Below are positions 50,077 to 52,059 of a stretch of DNA of 52,059 nt, in pieces (position 1 is the stretch's first letter; every line of letters starts with the position of its first letter). The translations under genes were made by a program, and so were the position numbers. Below the pieces are notes generated by a model. That model was not told the origin of the DNA and did not search any database. It was given only the letters and a program-made list of their open reading frames with translations. The DNA is from an uncultured Bacillota bacterium (GTDB lineage: Bacteria > Bacillota > Clostridia > Peptostreptococcales > Anaerovoracaceae). The stretch covers positions 1 through 52,059 of the forward strand of contig CASESB010000082.1 of the NCBI GenBank assembly GCA_949290475.1, written 5' to 3'.

Positions 50077-51621
50077 TTAATCCATCACCGAAAGATCGAG
50101 GCCGTCAAACGACGACAGGAACTTTTTCATGAAATCTGCTATGGCCTCACAGCCTCCCGGTTCATCGGAGGCCATGTTCACCGGCAGGATCGGATCGTGA
50201 AGCGACTTCCTCAGCAGGCACCAGCCGTTCGGGAAGTTTATCCTCACGCCTTCATAGTTCGGCTCTTCAAGGCTGAGGCCCTCCGTTTCCTGCGCGGCTT
50301 TTCGCAGCGCCTCTATCACCTGATCTCCGCAAGCTCCGAAATCTGCTGCCGTGATCGGTATCCTGACCTCTCTCTCATCGGCAGGCGAGCCCAGCTCCTC
50401 TATCAGGCTGTCCAGCGTCCTGCCCTGCTTTCTCAGCCGTGCCGCTTCAATAACTATCTTCGTCGCCAGATAGGCACCGTCGTCCAGGAAATGATTCTCC
50501 TTGAGCGCCGCATGGCCCGACGTCTCTATCGCCAGCTGGCAGTCGATGCCCTGCTCGTTCAGCTCCCTGGCTTTGTTGATCACATTTTTGTATCCGCGCT
50601 TGAACCGCAGATGCTTCAGCCCAAGCCTGTTTTCGAGAAAATCCGTCAGCTGTCTGCTGGTGATACTGTCGGTCACGACCGTCGTCCCCGGATGATCACC
50701 GGCTATGAGTGCCGCCGCCATGGCAACTATGCCGTTTCTGGCTATCTCATGACCGCGCCCGTCCACGGCTGCAGATCTGTCCACATCAGTATCAAATATG
50801 AGTCCGAAATCAGCGCCCTTCGAAACTACCCTCGTCATGAGCGCATTGATGGCCTCAGGATCCTCCGGGTTCGGCGCATGGTTGGAAAACATGCCGTCAG
50901 GCTCCAGGAACTGGCTGTCGGACACATCCGCTCCTAAAGGCTTGAGCACCTTTTTCGCGTAAAATCCGCCGCTGCCGTTGCCGGCGTCCACCACGATCTT
51001 CATGCCCGCAAGCGGCCGTTCGCCGTCTCCGACGCCGTCGATTATGAGCTTGCGCAGATGCCGGCAGTAAAGCTCCATGAGATCTCTTTCCTCAGGCTTG
51101 TACACGAGCTTGCCGAAATATCTGACCCTGTCCTCCTGAGCTGTAGGCTCGCCCAGCTTTTCGCGGCACAGCTCCTCGTCCTCGGCGTATCTGAGGACAG
51201 CGGATATATCACCTTTATCAAGTCCGCCTTCCGCGGTAAAAAACTTGAAGCCGTTCCTGTTGTACGGCAGATGGCTGGCCGTTATCATCACGGCTGCATC
51301 GCACGAAAACTCCGGGAACACGGTCGCCATGAACATGGCCGGTGTTGAAGCCAGTCCGCAGTCATAAGCCGTAACCCCATAAGGGCCGAGACCGTTCATG
51401 AAGCCCTCCATAAGCCTCTTGCCCGATACGCGCGGATCCCTGCCTATAGCCACGGTCATGTCCTGCGGCTTTTTACCAAGCTTGTCGCTGAGCCATACCG
51501 CAAAGCCGCGCCCTATGTCAGCCGCTTCATCCGGCGTCAGGTTAGGCAGCTCGCCCGGCACTCCCGTTATGGCTATTCCTCTTATATCGCTTCCGTTCTG
51601 CAGTTTTCTGTAGTCCTTCAT
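50077..51621 (-). CDS. Phosphoglucomutase/phosphomannomutase family protein
   Basis: GSDIRG, ITASHLP..NGFK phosphoserine loop, FDTDVDR metal loop, ETSGH. Confidence 0.94.
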   Translation of the reverse strand: MKDYRKLQNGSDIRGIAITGVPGELPNLTPDEAADIGRGFAVWLSDKLGKKPQDMTVAIGRDPRVSGKRLMEGFMNGLGPYGVTAYDCGLASTPAMFMATVFPEFSCDAAVMITASHLPYNRNGFKFFTAEGGLDKGDISAVLRYAEDEELCREKLGEPTAQEDRVRYFGKLVYKPEERDLMELYCRHLRKLIIDGVGDGERPLAGMKIVVDAGNGSGGFYAKKVLKPLGADVSDSQFLEPDGMFSNHAPNPEDPEAINALMTRVVSKGADFGLIFDTDVDRSAAVDGRGHEIARNGIVAMAAALIAGDHPGTTVVTDSITSRQLTDFLENRLGLKHLRFKRGYKNVINKARELNEQGIDCQLAIETSGHAALKENHFLDDGAYLATKIVIEAARLRKQGRTLDSLIEELGSPADEREVRIPITAADFGACGDQVIEALRKAAQETEGLSLEEPNYEGVRINFPNGWCLLRKSLHDPILPVNMASDEPGGCEAIADFMKKFLSSFDGLDLSVMD

Positions 51622-51691
51622 GTTTTCTCTCCCGGTTCATAAATTTCAGACGCCCAAGCGTCAGATCACTCATCATATCCCGCAGGACCGC

Positions 51692-51754
51692 GGCGCGTCA
51701 CGCCCCCCGCTACCGTCTTAAGGCGCGTCATGCCGCCGCGACTGTCTTACGGCG
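51692..51754. repeat. Imperfect 29-30 bp tandem repeat
   Basis: GGCGCGTCACGCCCCCCGCTACCGTCTTAA / GGCGCGTCATGCCGCCGCGACTGTCTTAC / GGCG. Confidence 0.7.
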
Positions 51755-52055
51755 TATCCTGCCTGCCTTTCAGCTTCAGGATTTTGAGTACGATAAACGC
51801 CGCAAAGAATACGACCGCTATTATCAGCCCCGGTATCCATACAGCTTCAAAGCCCTTCTTCGTCATGATGAATATCATCGTATCCGCCGCCGACACCGAA
51901 GTCATCGCTCCCAGCGCCACAGCCATAGCGCAGTATACCATTGATACGACCGCCATGGTGATCGCACACCACAGAAAGCCCAGCTTGCTGCGCCAGCAAA
52001 GCGCCACGACAGCTGCCGCCAGCAGCAGACAGGCGATCACGCCCATGGTTTCCAT
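51747..52055 (-). CDS. Hypothetical small membrane protein, possibly truncated by the right edge
   Basis: Three hydrophobic segments; the frame stays open to the window end. Confidence 0.55.
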   Translation of the reverse strand: METMGVIACLLLAAAVVALCWRSKLGFLWCAITMAVVSMVYCAMAVALGAMTSVSAADTMIFIMTKKGFEAVWIPGLIIAVVFFAAFIVLKILKLKGRQDTP

Positions 52056-52059
52056 GACC

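Overview
A 52 kb core-genome window from a moderately GC-rich anaerobic Firmicute (Clostridia-like gene content and order; exact taxon not determinable here). Most genes are on the minus strand. From left to right: 5' part of a putrescine aminotransferase with a candidate sigma-54 promoter; a radical SAM gene and TM1266-type regulator at the tail of a complete F1Fo ATP synthase operon whose c subunit has a Na+-type motif; MATE, TagO/WecA, dCMP deaminase and truA; prepilin peptidase, dusB, coaX and an acyl-CoA decarboxylase cluster lacking the beta subunit; glyA, a PucR-family regulator, ftsH, tilS and tatD; an accessory PD-(D/E)XK-like nuclease gene with an unusual upstream dyad array; metG; a sortase-anchored choice-of-anchor-I phosphatase-like protein with Pho-box-like repeats; a de novo purine operon with a PurR-type operator; cysK, a histidine phosphatase, an EamA-larE-mazG operon, nnrE and a phosphohexomutase. 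Main oddities: (i) the nuclease cassette between metG and tatD with three CTTATACA-N23/24-TGTATAAG-type dyads, and a gene-less patch of similar architecture near 49.0-49.2 kb; (ii) an in-frame TAA at a conserved Tyr codon of the AICAR transformylase plus an E-to-K change in a PurL motif; (iii) a candidate sRNA with an anti-Shine-Dalgarno motif upstream of the pur operon; (iv) recurrent in-frame repeat insertions in housekeeping proteins. No rRNA, tRNA, CRISPR array or recognisable transposase was seen. All family assignments are from motif recognition by eye, not database searches.
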